Source of the DNA: Sedimentisphaerales bacterium
GTDB lineage: Bacteria; Planctomycetota; Phycisphaerae; Sedimentisphaerales; Anaerobacaceae
Direction: 5' to 3'
DNA length: 64,000 nucleotides
Assembly (NCBI GenBank): GCA_963708075.1
Contig: OY970194.1
Location: 5,280,001-5,344,000, forward strand
In this document: in pieces, positions 40,164 to 54,322 of the stretch
Layout: each line of letters begins with the position of its first letter
Position numbering within the stretch: the first letter of the stretch is position 1
The notes under the pieces: generated by a model
Told to the model about the DNA's origin: nothing
The model's input: the letters and a program-made list of their open reading frames with translations, nothing else
Databases searched by the model: none
Translations under genes and position numbers: made by a program

Positions 40164-41807
40164 ATGCGTATCGATCTGGGCAAGGTCCTGCAACGGGTTC
40201 TGCGGTTTCTGCATCTGACGCCGCTTTCGCTTGCGGAGAAGTGCCGGATCATGTTCGGCGCGGCCGTGCTGTTCAGTCTGGTCATCGCGCTGCTGATTCC
40301 CTACATCTGGATGCGCCAGCTCACCAAGGGGACGCTACTGGAGACCAACAAAGCCAGGGCGGAATCGCTGTTGCTCCACCTCCACTTCAAACTGAAATCC
40401 TCGGGCGAGATCACCCTGCCGGAGTTGAACGAGCAGGGAGCGGCAAAGGAACCGAACCAGCCCGACATCGTCTGGGTGCGCTTCCAGCGGGAGAAGGATA
40501 AGAGCGATTTCTCAAAGCTGAGCAGCGTACAGAGGCAGCTCCTGGATGAGTTGGTGGCCGGCGGGACGCAGGATGAGACCATCGCGCTGAGCCGGGTCAA
40601 TGGCGTGCTGCAAAGCGATTATGTGCGCGTGTTCCGCGCCACGGACAACTGCGTGAGTTGCCACAGTGCACAAAGCATCGCCGCGCCGTTCACCCCAAAG
40701 GAGATCATCGGGGCGGCGGTCGTCCAGACTCGCAACATCGGAGGCGAGTTGAGGTGGATGACCCTCATGAACGGCGTCTGGATCCTCGTGGCCGGCATCA
40801 TCGGCGGCACCGGCGCCATCGTGGCCTTCTACTGGATCACCCAGCGGGTCATCCTTCGCCCGATCCGCCAGTTGCGGGCCTTGGCCAACAATGTCGCCGA
40901 AGGCAACCTGGACATCCGAAGCTCCATCGCCACGGCCGACGAGTATGAGAAGCTCGCCCAGGCCTTCAACCACATGCTCGACAACTTGCAGGCCGCCCAG
41001 GAGGAGCTGCGCCAGGCGAACCGCCAGCTCGACGCGAAAATCGGCGAGCTGTCCGAGCGCAATATCGAGCTGTTCCGAGCCAACCAGCTCAAGAGCGAAT
41101 TCCTGGCGAACATGTCGCACGAATTTCGCACGCCGCTCAACGCGATCCTCGGTTTCGCCCAGGTGCTCCGCGAGAAGCCGGGGCTGCTCAGGCGGGACAA
41201 GGGGCAGCGGTACATCGAGAACATCATCACCAGCGGCAACGGCCTGTTGAGCATGATCAACGACCTGCTCGACCTGGCCAAGGCGCAGGCCGGCAAGATG
41301 GAGCTGCACGTCGAGCAGACCTCGCTGGTGCAGTTGTGCGAAGTTGTCGTGTCGTCGTTTTCGCTGCTCGCGAAGAAGAAGAGACTGAAAATCCAAATGG
41401 AAGTGGACAAGAATGTTCCGCTGCTTGTGACGGACGCGGGCAAGGTGCAGCAGGTGCTGTACAACTTCCTGAGCAACGCGGTGAAGTTCACGCCCCTTCG
41501 CGGCCGGATCGACATTCACGCCTCCATGCTCGATGAGAAGATGGTGCGCATCGCCGTGACGGACACCGGCTGCGGCATCGCGGAGGCCGACCGGGAGATC
41601 ATCTTCGACAAGTTCCGCCAGGCCGACGGCTCGCTGACGCGCGAATCGGCGGGCAGCGGGCTGGGCCTGTCCATCTGCAAGGAGTTGGCCGCCATGCTGG
41701 CCGGGTCCATCGGCCTGGCAAGCGAGGTCGGCCGGGGCTCCTGCTTCTGGCTCGACATTCCCGTCCAGTTGCGCCGGGCGGCGCCTCCCATCCGCAAGCC
41801 GAACTAG
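40164..41807 (+). CDS. Sensor histidine kinase (periplasmic CxxCH, HAMP, HisKA, HATPase)
   Basis: NCVSCH; FLANMSHEFRTPLN; NAVKFT; DTGCGI; GSGLGL. Confidence 0.95.
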   Translation: MRIDLGKVLQRVLRFLHLTPLSLAEKCRIMFGAAVLFSLVIALLIPYIWMRQLTKGTLLETNKARAESLLLHLHFKLKSSGEITLPELNEQGAAKEPNQPDIVWVRFQREKDKSDFSKLSSVQRQLLDELVAGGTQDETIALSRVNGVLQSDYVRVFRATDNCVSCHSAQSIAAPFTPKEIIGAAVVQTRNIGGELRWMTLMNGVWILVAGIIGGTGAIVAFYWITQRVILRPIRQLRALANNVAEGNLDIRSSIATADEYEKLAQAFNHMLDNLQAAQEELRQANRQLDAKIGELSERNIELFRANQLKSEFLANMSHEFRTPLNAILGFAQVLREKPGLLRRDKGQRYIENIITSGNGLLSMINDLLDLAKAQAGKMELHVEQTSLVQLCEVVVSSFSLLAKKKRLKIQMEVDKNVPLLVTDAGKVQQVLYNFLSNAVKFTPLRGRIDIHASMLDEKMVRIAVTDTGCGIAEADREIIFDKFRQADGSLTRESAGSGLGLSICKELAAMLAGSIGLASEVGRGSCFWLDIPVQLRRAAPPIRKPN

Positions 41808-42023
41808 CAAATCTCAAATCGTGAAAAAAAGGATTCTGCAAAATGGAGATTGGGCTTATATTGTTCAAGGAAATCGGCTTTGAGAGTTCCTTGAGCAATC
41901 CATATGATCATTTCTGCGTCCAACACTTGCTATTTCTGAAGGAAAAATGAAAGACGATTTTTCCTTCAGAAAGTAAACCCAATCTCCATTTTGCAGAGTT
42001 CATATTCTAAGAAGGAACTGTTC

Positions 42024-44243
<2,220 letters not shown>

Positions 44244-44282
44244 TGACGACTCGGTTGCTGCAGAGCACAATGGGTCTTCGTT

Positions 44283-44359
44283 GGTCCACGTCGTCCACTG
44301 TGTCCATCACGTCCACAGTAGTCTCGTGGACATGGTGGACGAAGTGGACGTTATGGACG
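44283..44359. repeat. 9-bp-periodic inverted repeat
   Basis: (gtccac nnn)4 ... (gtggac nnn)4. Confidence 0.75.
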
Positions 44360-44522
44360 AACAGGACCACTCGGACCGCCGCCGACCCAGGCTTCACTGC
44401 CCGGCCCCCGGAGGCGACACTTGGCGAAAAAGCCCGGCAAAAAGCCTGTCGTGCGGGCGGTCAGTCTGCCGATGCCTTGAATCGGGGCGCCTGATGTCGC
44501 GGCGGCACAACGGCTTGTGATG

Positions 44523-44610
44523 GGTGGCAGCGTCAAGGCCGAAGGCCTTGGCGATGGCTGCACCGCATCCCAAGAACGCCATCGCCAAGCTGCGCTTGAC
44601 GCTGCCACCC
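44523..44610. repeat. Palindromic core of MITE family B without outer TIR (partial copy also at 5011-5043)
   Basis: gggtggcagcgtcaaggccgaaggccttggcgatgg...ccatcgccaagctgcgcttgacgctgccaccc. Confidence 0.85.
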
Positions 44611-44670
44611 AGGTGTCCCGGACGGATCGTGAAAACTTGCGGCAATCGGCGTCAACTTCCGCTTCGCCGT

Positions 44671-44699
44671 TTGACCGTCAGCGAACGTGGCGGTACAAT
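44671..44699 (+). promoter_or_regulatory. sigma70 promoter of dnaB-bamA-lpx operon
   Basis: TTGACC-N17-TACAAT. Confidence 0.65.
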
Positions 44700-44782
44700 G
44701 CTGGCCTGTTGTCGGTGAAAGCCAAAATACAGGGACGAGTCGATTCCGTATTTCGGGCGTGTTAGTTGGACAGGATGCTCTG

Positions 44783-46271
44783 GTGGCAGCAAAAGGCAAT
44801 CATAAGAAGACGGGGGACAAGCCGGGACCGAACGGCGAATCGAACGGGACTGCCGGGGCGGGTCCGGCACGCAACGGCGCCGCTTCCACCCGCTTGAAAG
44901 CCAATGGGGCGTCGCCGGTCCTTCGCAGCATGCCACAGTCTCTGCCGGCGGAGGCCGCCGTGCTCGGCTCGATGATCGTGGACCCGCGCTGCGTCGGCGA
45001 GGTGGTCGAGCTGCTCAGTCGCGACGCATTCTACCACACCGAGCATCAACTGATCTTTGACGCAATCGTCGCCCTGTTTGAGAAGAACCGCGGCGAAGGC
45101 ATCGACGGGTTCCTCGTGCGTGACGAACTCGAACGGCGCAACCACCTGGCGACGATCGGCGGCATGGAGTACCTCCAGCGGGTCATCGAGACAGTCCCCT
45201 CCTCCGCCAACGTCGCGTACTACGCCGAGATCGTCCGGGAAAAGATGCTGCTGCGCGAGACCATCTCGGCGGCGACGGACATCCTCAACTCGATGCCTAC
45301 GACGAGAGCGGCGACACCGGCGAGAAGCTCGACGACGCCGAGCGGCGGATCTTCGCCGTGGCGGACAAGCGAATCACCAACTCGGCGGAGCCCCTCAAGG
45401 ACCTGGTGATGCAGGCCTACGAGCTGATCGAGAAGCGCGAGGGGACGCACGTCACGGGTCTGCCGACCGGTTACTACGAGCTGGACGACCTGACCTGCGG
45501 CCTGCAGAACGGCGAGATGATCATCATCGCCGGCAGACCCAGCATGGGCAAAACGGCCCTGGCGCTGAATATCGCCGAGCATGTCGGAATCGTCGAAAAG
45601 ATTCCGCTGGCGATCTTCTCGCTGGAAATGGGCCAGCCAGCAGTTGGCCGAGCGGTTCCTGTGCAGCTACAGCGGCGTAGACTCCCAGCTCGTCCGCAAG
45701 GGGATGCTCAGCACGGAGCACTATCAAAAGCTGGTGGAGGCCTGCGGGATCATCTCGGAGGCCCCGATCTTCATCGACGACACGTCGGCCCTGACGCCGC
45801 TGGAGCTGCGGGCCAAGGCCCGGCGACTCAAGAGCATGCACGACATCCAGGCCATCGTCGTCGACTATCTCCAGTTGATGGGCCTGGGGATGGGCAAGAT
45901 CGAATCCCGCCAGCAGGAAATCACCGCGATCTCGCGGTACATGAAGTCACTGGCTCGCGAGCTCAACGTCCCGGTGATCGTGCTCAGCCAGCTCAACCGT
46001 TCCCCGGAAGGCCGGGAAGGACCACCGCCCGCGAATGAGCGACCTGCGCGAATCCGGGAGTATCGAACAGGACGCAGACGTGGTGATGCTGTTGCACCGG
46101 GAGGACTATTATCACCGGGGCGAGCCCGATTACCAGGCGGACAATACGGCGGAAGTGATCATCGCCAAGCAGCGCAACGGTCCCACGGACATCGTCAAGC
46201 TGTCATTCCGGGAGAAATGCACGCGGTTCGAAAACCTGGCACAGGTTCAGCAGGAAGCAGTGCCTTTCTAA
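44783..46271 (+). CDS. dnaB: Replicative DNA helicase (frameshifts)
   Basis: PQS..AE.AVLG, AGRPSMGKT, FSLEM, VDYLQL, LSQLNR, SDLRESGSIEQDAD, KQRNGP. Confidence 0.96.
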
Positions 46272-46297
46272 TTGATAATGGATGATTGATAATCGAT

Positions 46298-48474
46298 ATG
46301 CAGGATGCTGTTCTCATCTCCACATTGTTCAGCCTCATAGGATTCTTGAGTCCGTGCGTCGCGGCCGAGGCCGGGGATCCAAATCAACAATCAACAATCA
46401 ACAATCAACAATCGACATCGATCGTCAAGTCCATCGAGTTCAAGGGCAACCGCAAGTACAAAGATCACGTCCTGCGGGAGCGGCTCGGATTCGAGCTGGG
46501 CGACCGCCTGGACCCGTTCCTGGCCGAAGGCGGGCGGGTCACCATCTCCGAGGTCTACCGCAAGATCGGCTATCCGTTCGTCAAAGTCTCGCTCGATAAG
46601 GAGCGCCTGGCCGACGGCCACCTGCTGTACATCATCGACGAAGGGCCCCGCGTGCGGATCGACAAAATCGATTTCGTCGGCAACGACTCGTTCGGCGACG
46701 GCACGCTCAGGCAGGTCATCAAGACGAAACAGAGAAAGTTGTTGCTGTGGCCGTCTCACTTTACGGAGGATGCCATCGACGAGGACCTGGATCGGCTGCG
46801 GGACTTCTACTACAACCACGGGTTCCTCGACTACCACATCTCCGCGGAGAAGGAATTCACCATCGACGGCAGTGGCGTGCAGCTGGTCTTCACGATCGAC
46901 GAAGGCCCGGTGTACCGGGTCGGGGAGATCCTCTTCGTGGGGAATACGCGCTACACCGATGAGCAGTTGCGCGAGCGGATGGAACTGCGCGAGGAGCAGG
47001 TATACCTCAAGCCCGTGGCTCGAGCGCGACGCCCGGACGATCGCTCAACTGTACCGCGAGCAGGGTTTCGTGGACGCCGGCGTCGCGCAGACGCCCCGCT
47101 TTACCACGCGGGAGGGGGACAACCTGGTCACCGTGGAGTTCGACGTCACCGAGGGCAAGCAGTTCCGCATCGGCCGGATCGAGGTGACGGGCAACGAGAT
47201 GACGAAGGACAAAGTGGTCCGGCGGGTGCTCGACGAGTACGAGTTCACCCCAGGCGACCTGTATAACGCCAAAATGGCGCCCAAGGAAGGCAGCGGGTTG
47301 CTCGAAAAGTACGTGCAGCGCTCCGCCGCCGCCCAGGAGGTCATGATCCGGCCCGTGAACCCGCCCGACGGAGATCCCAACCAAAAGGACGTCCGCGTGA
47401 ATATCGAGGAAGGCATGACCGGCGTGATCATCCCGGGCGTTGGCTTCAGCACCGATCACGGCGTGGTCGGCCGGCTCATCTATCGGCAACAGAACTTCGA
47501 CATCACGGACTGGCCCGAGAGCCTCCGCGAGTTTTTCTCCATGAAGGCATTTCACGGGGGCGGCCAGACCCTGAGCCTTGTCCTTCAGCCGGGAACGCAG
47601 TACAGCACGTACTGCGTCGATTTCGTGGACCCCTATTGGCGCGACAAGCCCGTCGACGCTCGATGTCGGCGGTCGAAGCTGGGAGCGCTTCCGGGAAAGC
47701 TACGACGAGAGCCGGCTCAAGGGCACCGTCGGATTCGAGAAACGCCTGGAGGACTATTGGCGCCAGAGCATCGGCTTCCGTGCGGAGAACGTGGGGGTAC
47801 ATCACCTGGATTACGATGCACCCGTGGAGATTCGCGAGTTCGAGGGCGACACCCAACTCTTCGGCGCGCGATTCGGGCTTGGCCGCTCGGCCGTGGACGA
47901 CCTGTACAACCCCTCGCAGGGCCACAGGTTCAATGCGTGGTATGAACAGGTCACCGGCGACGATGCATTCGGGTTGCTCGAAGGCTCTTATAACAACTAC
48001 TTCACGCTCTACACGGACGTCCTCGATCGAAAGACGGTGCTATCCACGAAGATTCTGGCCGGCACAGTGGTCGGCGAAGCTCCGCCGTTCGAGAAGTATT
48101 ATGCGGGCGGCTCGGGCCGCTACGGGGTGCGGGGTTTCGAATATCGCGGCATCAGCCCCCGCGGGCTGCAGACCAATGTCGGTCCCTTCGCGGAACGCAA
48201 AGACCCGATCGGCAGCGATTGGATCTTCCTGGCGAACGCCGAGGTTGTGTTCCCGCTCATCGGTGAGAACTTCGGGGGTCTGCTCTTCGTAGACAGCGGC
48301 ACCGTGGAAATGGGCAAGTACCGCCTGTCCGTCGGCACCGGTATCCAGATCCTGATCCCGCAGCTTTTCGGGAACATCCCGATGCGATTCGAGATTTCCG
48401 TGCCCCTGCTCAAGGATGAAGAGGACGAGACGCAGGTCTTCAGCTTCTCTCAGCCGGAAATGTATTTCCAATAA
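46298..48474 (+). CDS. bamA: Outer membrane protein assembly factor BamA (frameshifts)
   Basis: POTRA motifs (IDEGP, F.GN, GN..TKD.V.RR), GG....VRGF, FVDSG; followed by skp-lpxD. Confidence 0.92.
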
Positions 48475-48535
48475 GGGGTGGAGTTCTGCCAGGTACAGAT
48501 GGGCTTGAGACTCCACACAGCAGAAAGGGTTTGAT

Positions 48536-49141
48536 ATGAAAATTGGAGCAAAGACGGTGGGAATTCTCCTGGGCGTGGTCGCCTTGTTGGCGACGTTCCA
48601 GTACAGCTATGCGGCGTCCGAGTCGGCGCCTGCGGCGTCAAAGATCGGCATCGTGAGTGTCCGAACCGTGTTCAATACGTCCACGCGGCACGGTTTGTAC
48701 CGCTCCCAAGTCCTCCAGACTCAGACCCGGGCCAGGGCCCAGTTGGATGGCATGGCCAAGGAGATCGAGGCCGAGGAAGCCGGACTCAAGGCCCTCAAGG
48801 AAGGTACCGCCGACTACATGAAGCAGCTCCAGGCGATCCTCAAGAAACGCGCCGATCTGGAAAGCCAGCGCGAATACCTCAAGCAGCAGCGATCCCTGGA
48901 AGATAAGAACTGGATGGAGGCCCTGTACCAGGAGACCCTGAAGATCGTCCAGACGGTCGCCAAGGAGAAGGGCTTGAACCTCGTGTTCGAGCGGACCGAG
49001 CCGGAGTTTCCGGTTCCCAGCGAGGAGCTGATGATGACGTTCAGCACGCACAAGGTGCTCTACGCCGAGGGATGTGTGGATCTGACGCAGGAAGTGACCG
49101 CCCGGCTGGATGCCGCCGGCGGCGCACAGTCTCAAAAGTGA
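48536..49141 (+). CDS. skp: OmpH/Skp periplasmic chaperone
   Basis: Signal peptide, KIGIV, coiled coil, VLYA...DLT.EV; synteny. Confidence 0.88.
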   Translation: MKIGAKTVGILLGVVALLATFQYSYAASESAPAASKIGIVSVRTVFNTSTRHGLYRSQVLQTQTRARAQLDGMAKEIEAEEAGLKALKEGTADYMKQLQAILKKRADLESQREYLKQQRSLEDKNWMEALYQETLKIVQTVAKEKGLNLVFERTEPEFPVPSEELMMTFSTHKVLYAEGCVDLTQEVTARLDAAGGAQSQK

Positions 49142-49181
49142 CGATGCACGGACCCGATAGAGAACCTCTTTCGAGATTACG

Positions 49182-50230
49182 ATGGGAATGACGGTTCGAG
49201 AACTGGCCGAAAGGCTTGGCGCAAGGTTGATCGGCGAGTCTGCTGATGGCGACAGGCAAGTAGGCGCGGTCATGCCGGCCGATGTCGCCGGAACGAGCGA
49301 TGTGACCTTCGTGGCCGATGCAAAGTACGAGGCCGCAGCGCTTCAATCCAAGGCCGCCGCGGCGATTGTCTCCCGGCCGATCGAAGGCCTGGCCAAGCCG
49401 CAACTGCTGGTGCAGGATGTCAATGCCGCTCTGATTCAAGCCCTTACGCAGTTCGCCCCGGAACGAAAGCCCCCCGTGGAGGGTGTGGATCCCTCCGCAC
49501 GCCGGGAGAGAATGTGCGTCTGGGCCGGGGTGCAGCATCGGACCGAACGTCGTCATCGATGACGACGTGCAGATCGGCCCGAATACGGTCATTGCCGGCG
49601 GGTGCAAAATCGGCGAAAACTCCATCATCGGGGAGAATTGCCGCCTTGACAGCAACGTCGTGGTCTACCACGGCTGCCGACTGGGCAACCACGTCATCGT
49701 CCAGGCCAATAGCACGATCGGTTCCGTCGGCTTCGGATACGTCTTTATCGACGGGCGCCCACACGCTGGTCCCCCACAACGGCGGCGTCGTGATCGAGGA
49801 CTTCGTCGAGATTGGGGCCAACTGCTGCGTTGACAGGGCGAAATTTGGCAATACTATAATTGGGATGGGCACGAAGATCGACAACCTGGTGCAGATTGCG
49901 CACAACGTCGTCATCGGCAAGTGCTGCCTGATCGCCGCCCAGGTGGGGGTCGCAGGCAGTTGCCGACTGGGCGACGGGGTCGTGCTTGCAGGACAGGTCG
50001 GTCTGGCCGACAATATCGAGATCGGAGCCGGCACGATGGTCGGGGCGCAGGCCGGCGTCATGAGCAGCGTTGCACCCGGAGAGAAGCTGGCCTGGTCGCC
50101 GGCCCTGGACGTCAGAGAAGCGGCCAGGGTGGTCGCACATGTCCTGCGCCTGCCGAAATTATCGCAACAGGTGAAGCAGTTGACGGCGAAGGTGGAGAAA
50201 CTTGAAGCTGCAAAAGACGATAAAGGATGA
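49182..50230 (+). CDS. lpxD: UDP-3-O-acylglucosamine N-acyltransferase (frameshifts)
   Basis: [37 protein letters not shown]. Confidence 0.95.
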
Positions 50231-51522
50231 GGTGAAACTCAGCGGCAAAGGATTGTTCGGCGGCGAGGAGCCACGGTTATATTCCGCCCTGCGCCGGAGG
50301 ACGCGGGCATCGTCTTCGTGCGGACCGACGTGCCAGCGACCGTCCGCATCCCGGCGATTGCCCCGAACATTGCCGAGCGCAGCCGCCGCACGAGCGTCAA
50401 AAAGGGCGACGTCAGCATCGAGACCGTCGAGCATTGCCTGGCGGCGATCCGCGCGCTGGAAATCGACAACATCATCGTGGAGGTGGAGGGGCCCGAGCTG
50501 CCCGCCCCCGATTGCAGCAGCGCCGAGTACGTCAACGTCCTCAAGCAGGCCGAGATCGTCGAGCAGCAGAGCCCGCAGAAGGAGTTCATCATCAAGAAGC
50601 CGATCAGCGTCAGCGCCGGCGACGCCACGATCTACGCGCTGCCCTATGCCGACGGCGGCTTGAACATCACGTACGATCTGGACTACAGCAGTCATCCGGC
50701 GATCGGCCGGCAGATCTACAGCTATCACCTCACGCCGGACAGCTTCGAGAGCGAGCATGGCGGCCGCCCGCAGCTTCCTGCTCGAAGGCGAAGCCCGGCA
50801 GTTCCAGGCCCGCGGGCATCGGCACGCACATCGGTCCGAACGACATCCTCGTGATCGATTCGGACGGGCCGATCAAGAACGCCTACCGTTTCCCCAACGA
50901 GTGCGTCCGTCACAAGATCGTGGATCTGATCGGCGACCTGACGCTGGTCGGCCGGCCCATGCGTCGGGCGGATCGTGGCCTACAAGAGCGGCCACGCCCT
51001 GAACCAGCAGCTCGTCCGCAAGCTCTACGAGACGGTCCAACAACAGGACCGCCTCGACAAGTTCGGGACCGACGCGGTGCTCGACATCCGGCGGATTCAG
51101 AAGATCCTGCCGCATCGCTATCCTTTCCTGCTCGTGGATAAGATCATCGAGGTGGAAGGCGATACGCGGATCAAGGGCATCAAGAACGTGACCATTCAAC
51201 GAGCAGCTTCTTCCAGGGTCACTTTCCCGCGTACGCCGATCATGCCCGGCGTGCTGATCGTCGAGGCGATGGCCCAGGTCTCGGGACTGCTGTTTGCCCA
51301 GCGGCTCGAACATACCGGCAAGCTCGCCGTGCTCCTGAGCATGGACAGGGTGAAACTGCGCAAGGCTGTCGTGCCGGGCGACCAGTTGATTCTGATGGCC
51401 GAGACCGTCCGGCTGCGACGCAGGACCGCCCATTGCCGGTGCCAGGCGATGGTCGGCGATGCTATCGTGGCCGCGAGGCGGAGATCAAGTTCATGCTTCT
51501 CGACGACGATGAGAAGCTGTGA
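50202..51522 (+). CDS. lpxC: Bifunctional LpxC/FabZ fusion (frameshifts)
   Basis: [30 protein letters not shown]; then [28 protein letters not shown] with no stop at the junction. Confidence 0.92.
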
Positions 51523-51575
51523 TATGGGGTTCTGCAAAATGGAGGTTAGGCTTATGAGGTGCAGGAACCACTAAC

Positions 51576-52411
51576 ATGGCGACAGTACATCCCACGGCGA
51601 TTCTGGAAAAGAACGTGCAGTTGGCTGACGACGTGGTCGTCGGGCCCTATTGCGTGATTGGCAGACAGTGTCTCGATCGGCGCCGGGCACGATTCTCGTA
51701 CGCCCGGGTGGTGATTGCCGACCGCGTACGCATCGGCGCGGCAGAACCACTCTGTACCCGAATTCCGCGATCGGCTGCTGTCCCCAGGTTCTCGGCCTGA
51801 CGCCGAATGCCCACGATGGGCGGCCTGGTGATCGGCGATCGCAACATGATCCGCGAAGAACGTGACGATCCATCCGAGCAGACACGAGGGCACCGCGACC
51901 CAGATCGGCAGCGACAACCTCCTGATGGTCGGGTCCCACATCGGTCACGATTGCGATCCGTCGAGCGACAAGGTCGTCCTGAGCAACTATGTGCAGATCG
52001 CCGGACACGTGCAGATCGGCATGGGCGCCTGGTTCAGCGGGCATGGCGGCGTCGCACCAGTTCGTCACCATCGGGCGCTGGTCCTTCATCGCCGGGCTGG
52101 CCGGGCTCACCCACGACATACCGCCGTTCCTGATCGTCAGCGGGCACTATCCGGTCAAGGTTCGCGGCGTGAACAAACGCGGGCTGCTTCGCGCGGGCCT
52201 GAGCGGAGAGCAGCAGTTGCACATCTTCGAGGCCTACAGGAAGCTTTATCGCCAGGGCAGCACGCTGCTGGCCAATGCGCAGGAGCTGGCCGAGCAGGAC
52301 GGCCTGGACGAGAATGTTCGAGATATAATCGAGTCGATCTTCAATAGTCATCAGCACCGGTTCGGCCGCTATCGCGAAAGCCTCAGGACGGAGTCAGCCA
52401 GATTCCTATGA
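51576..52411 (+). CDS. lpxA: UDP-GlcNAc acyltransferase (many frameshifts)
   Basis: VHPTAI, GPYCVIG, IGDRN.IRE, HIGHDC, HQFVTIG, GVN.RGL.RAG. Confidence 0.92.
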
Positions 52412-53420
52412 GCAACGGGAAGATTCGCACGGCGATCGTCGGCGCCGGGAAGATGGGGGGGATCCACGCCAAGGTGTACAGCACGTTGCCCGACAGCGAG
52501 CTGGTCGCGGTGGTCGATACGGACGCCAACAAGGCCGCTGATCTGGCCGACAAGTACGGCTGCCTCGCCTACACTGATTGCGAGCGAGATCCTCGACAAG
52601 GTCGATGCGGTCACAATCTCCACCCCGACGATGACGCACCTGAAGCTGGCCAAGCTCTTCCTGCGACAGCGGATCCCGGTCCTGATCGAGAAGCCGCTGG
52701 CCTCGAGCGTGCGGGAGGGACGCAAGATCGTCTCGCTGGCCCGCCGGTACGATACGGTCGTCGCGGTCGGCCATTCCGAGCGCTGCAACCCGGTGGTGCA
52801 GGCGATGAAACGGCTGGAGATCGAGCCGAAGTTCATCGAGGCCCATCGCGTCAGCCCCTATCCGTTCCGCTCGACCGACGTCGGCGTCGTCCTGGATATC
52901 ATGATCCACGACATCGACATCGTTCTGTCCCTGGCGGCCAGCAAGATCAAGCGAGTGGACGCCGTCGGCGTCAGCGTCATCGAAGGTCAGCGAGGACATC
53001 TGTAACGCGAGGCTCGTGTTCGAAAACGGCTGCATCGCCAATCTGACGGCGTCGCGCCTCGCTCTCAAGACGGAGCGCCGCGTCCACGTCTTCTCCCGCC
53101 AGGCGTACCTGAGCGTCGATTACCTCAAGAAGAGCGGCATCATCGTCAAGACCGACCCGAACGACAACGTCGTCGAGTGGATCAAGCAGCAGCGGGAAAG
53201 CGGCGAGCTGGACCTGACGAGTGTCAACTGGCCCGACCTGCTGCACATCGAGCAGCTCCAGATCGACGACAAGGAGCCTATCCGGCTTGAGCAGGAAGCG
53301 TTCCTCCGGGCCGTCCGGGACCGGTCCTTCAGGCCGGAGGTCAGCGCCGAGGAAGGCTTCGCCGCCCTCAAGTGCGCCCAGAAGATCATCGCCTGCGTCA
53401 AGCGCCACAAGTGGGACTGA
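52408..53420 (+). CDS. Gfo/Idh/MocA oxidoreductase, GnnA-like (frameshifts)
   Basis: GAGKMG, EKP, GHSER.NP, DVGVVLDIMIHDID, TASR; overlaps lpxA stop. Confidence 0.85.
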
Positions 53421-53585
53421 CGTGATTGTTGATTGCGGACTGCGGATTCCGCATGGCGTCCGCCCTCGGCCCCATGACTCGTCTGCGGCGTGTGTCACAT
53501 TTTCCGTGACTACCCTCCACAATCCTGCCTTTTCTCTATGAGCGATTCATCGTTGTTCAAAAGGCGAGTTTGAAAGGGTACGCAC

Positions 53586-54224
53586 ATGTTCGCAAGAGGC
53601 AAAGGAGTCCTGATCGTTGTCTGTGTGTTGCTGTTCACACTCACGCTGATGGGGCAGCGGTCCAACGTGCGGCCGGGTCAGCGCCCCGTCGTCTCGACTG
53701 AGCCGCTGGCGGCACTGGTCGAGGCCTTCATCGTCGAGGTGAACCTGCCGGCCCTGGCCAAGCTGGGCATCAGCCCCATTGGCGAGGAGCCGCACGCCGT
53801 GACTGTCCCGGATATCCTCAAGTGCCTCGGCACCGGCCAGGCGCGGGTGGTCGCCGGAGCCAAGGCGGCCTCCCAGCAGGGAAACACCGAAGTCCGGGCG
53901 ACAAAGACAACCTACATCGTGCGAGAGACATCCACGCCGGGCCAGAAGGACTACAGTCCATACGAATCGGGCAGGCGGTTCTCCGTCTCCACCGGTGTGG
54001 CTCCGGACAATGCCCCGGCTACGGCCATCCTCGTGCAGTTCAGCTTGGAGGAGAGCCGGTTTATCGAGAAGAGGCAGACCCCGGACGCTCCGTCGGACCG
54101 GGCGATGTGGGACTGGTCCGGGTCCGTGCTCCTTCAGCCCGGCCGGCCCGAGATCGTCGCCGCCAGCCAGAATGCCGAGAGGGCCATCTTCCTGCTCCTT
54201 ACAGCCCACGCACAGGGCCAATAG
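53586..54224 (+). CDS. Hypothetical secreted protein
   Basis: Signal peptide, 212-aa intact ORF. Confidence 0.7.
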   Translation: MFARGKGVLIVVCVLLFTLTLMGQRSNVRPGQRPVVSTEPLAALVEAFIVEVNLPALAKLGISPIGEEPHAVTVPDILKCLGTGQARVVAGAKAASQQGNTEVRATKTTYIVRETSTPGQKDYSPYESGRRFSVSTGVAPDNAPATAILVQFSLEESRFIEKRQTPDAPSDRAMWDWSGSVLLQPGRPEIVAASQNAERAIFLLLTAHAQGQ

Positions 54225-54322
54225 CCCGGATGGACCTGTGCGACGTCGCTCGCGCCGGGTGGCGGCCCCGTGTGCACGAAATTGTTTTGCAAAAGGTTCG
54301 TGCGGGGCCCATCATGGGCGCC

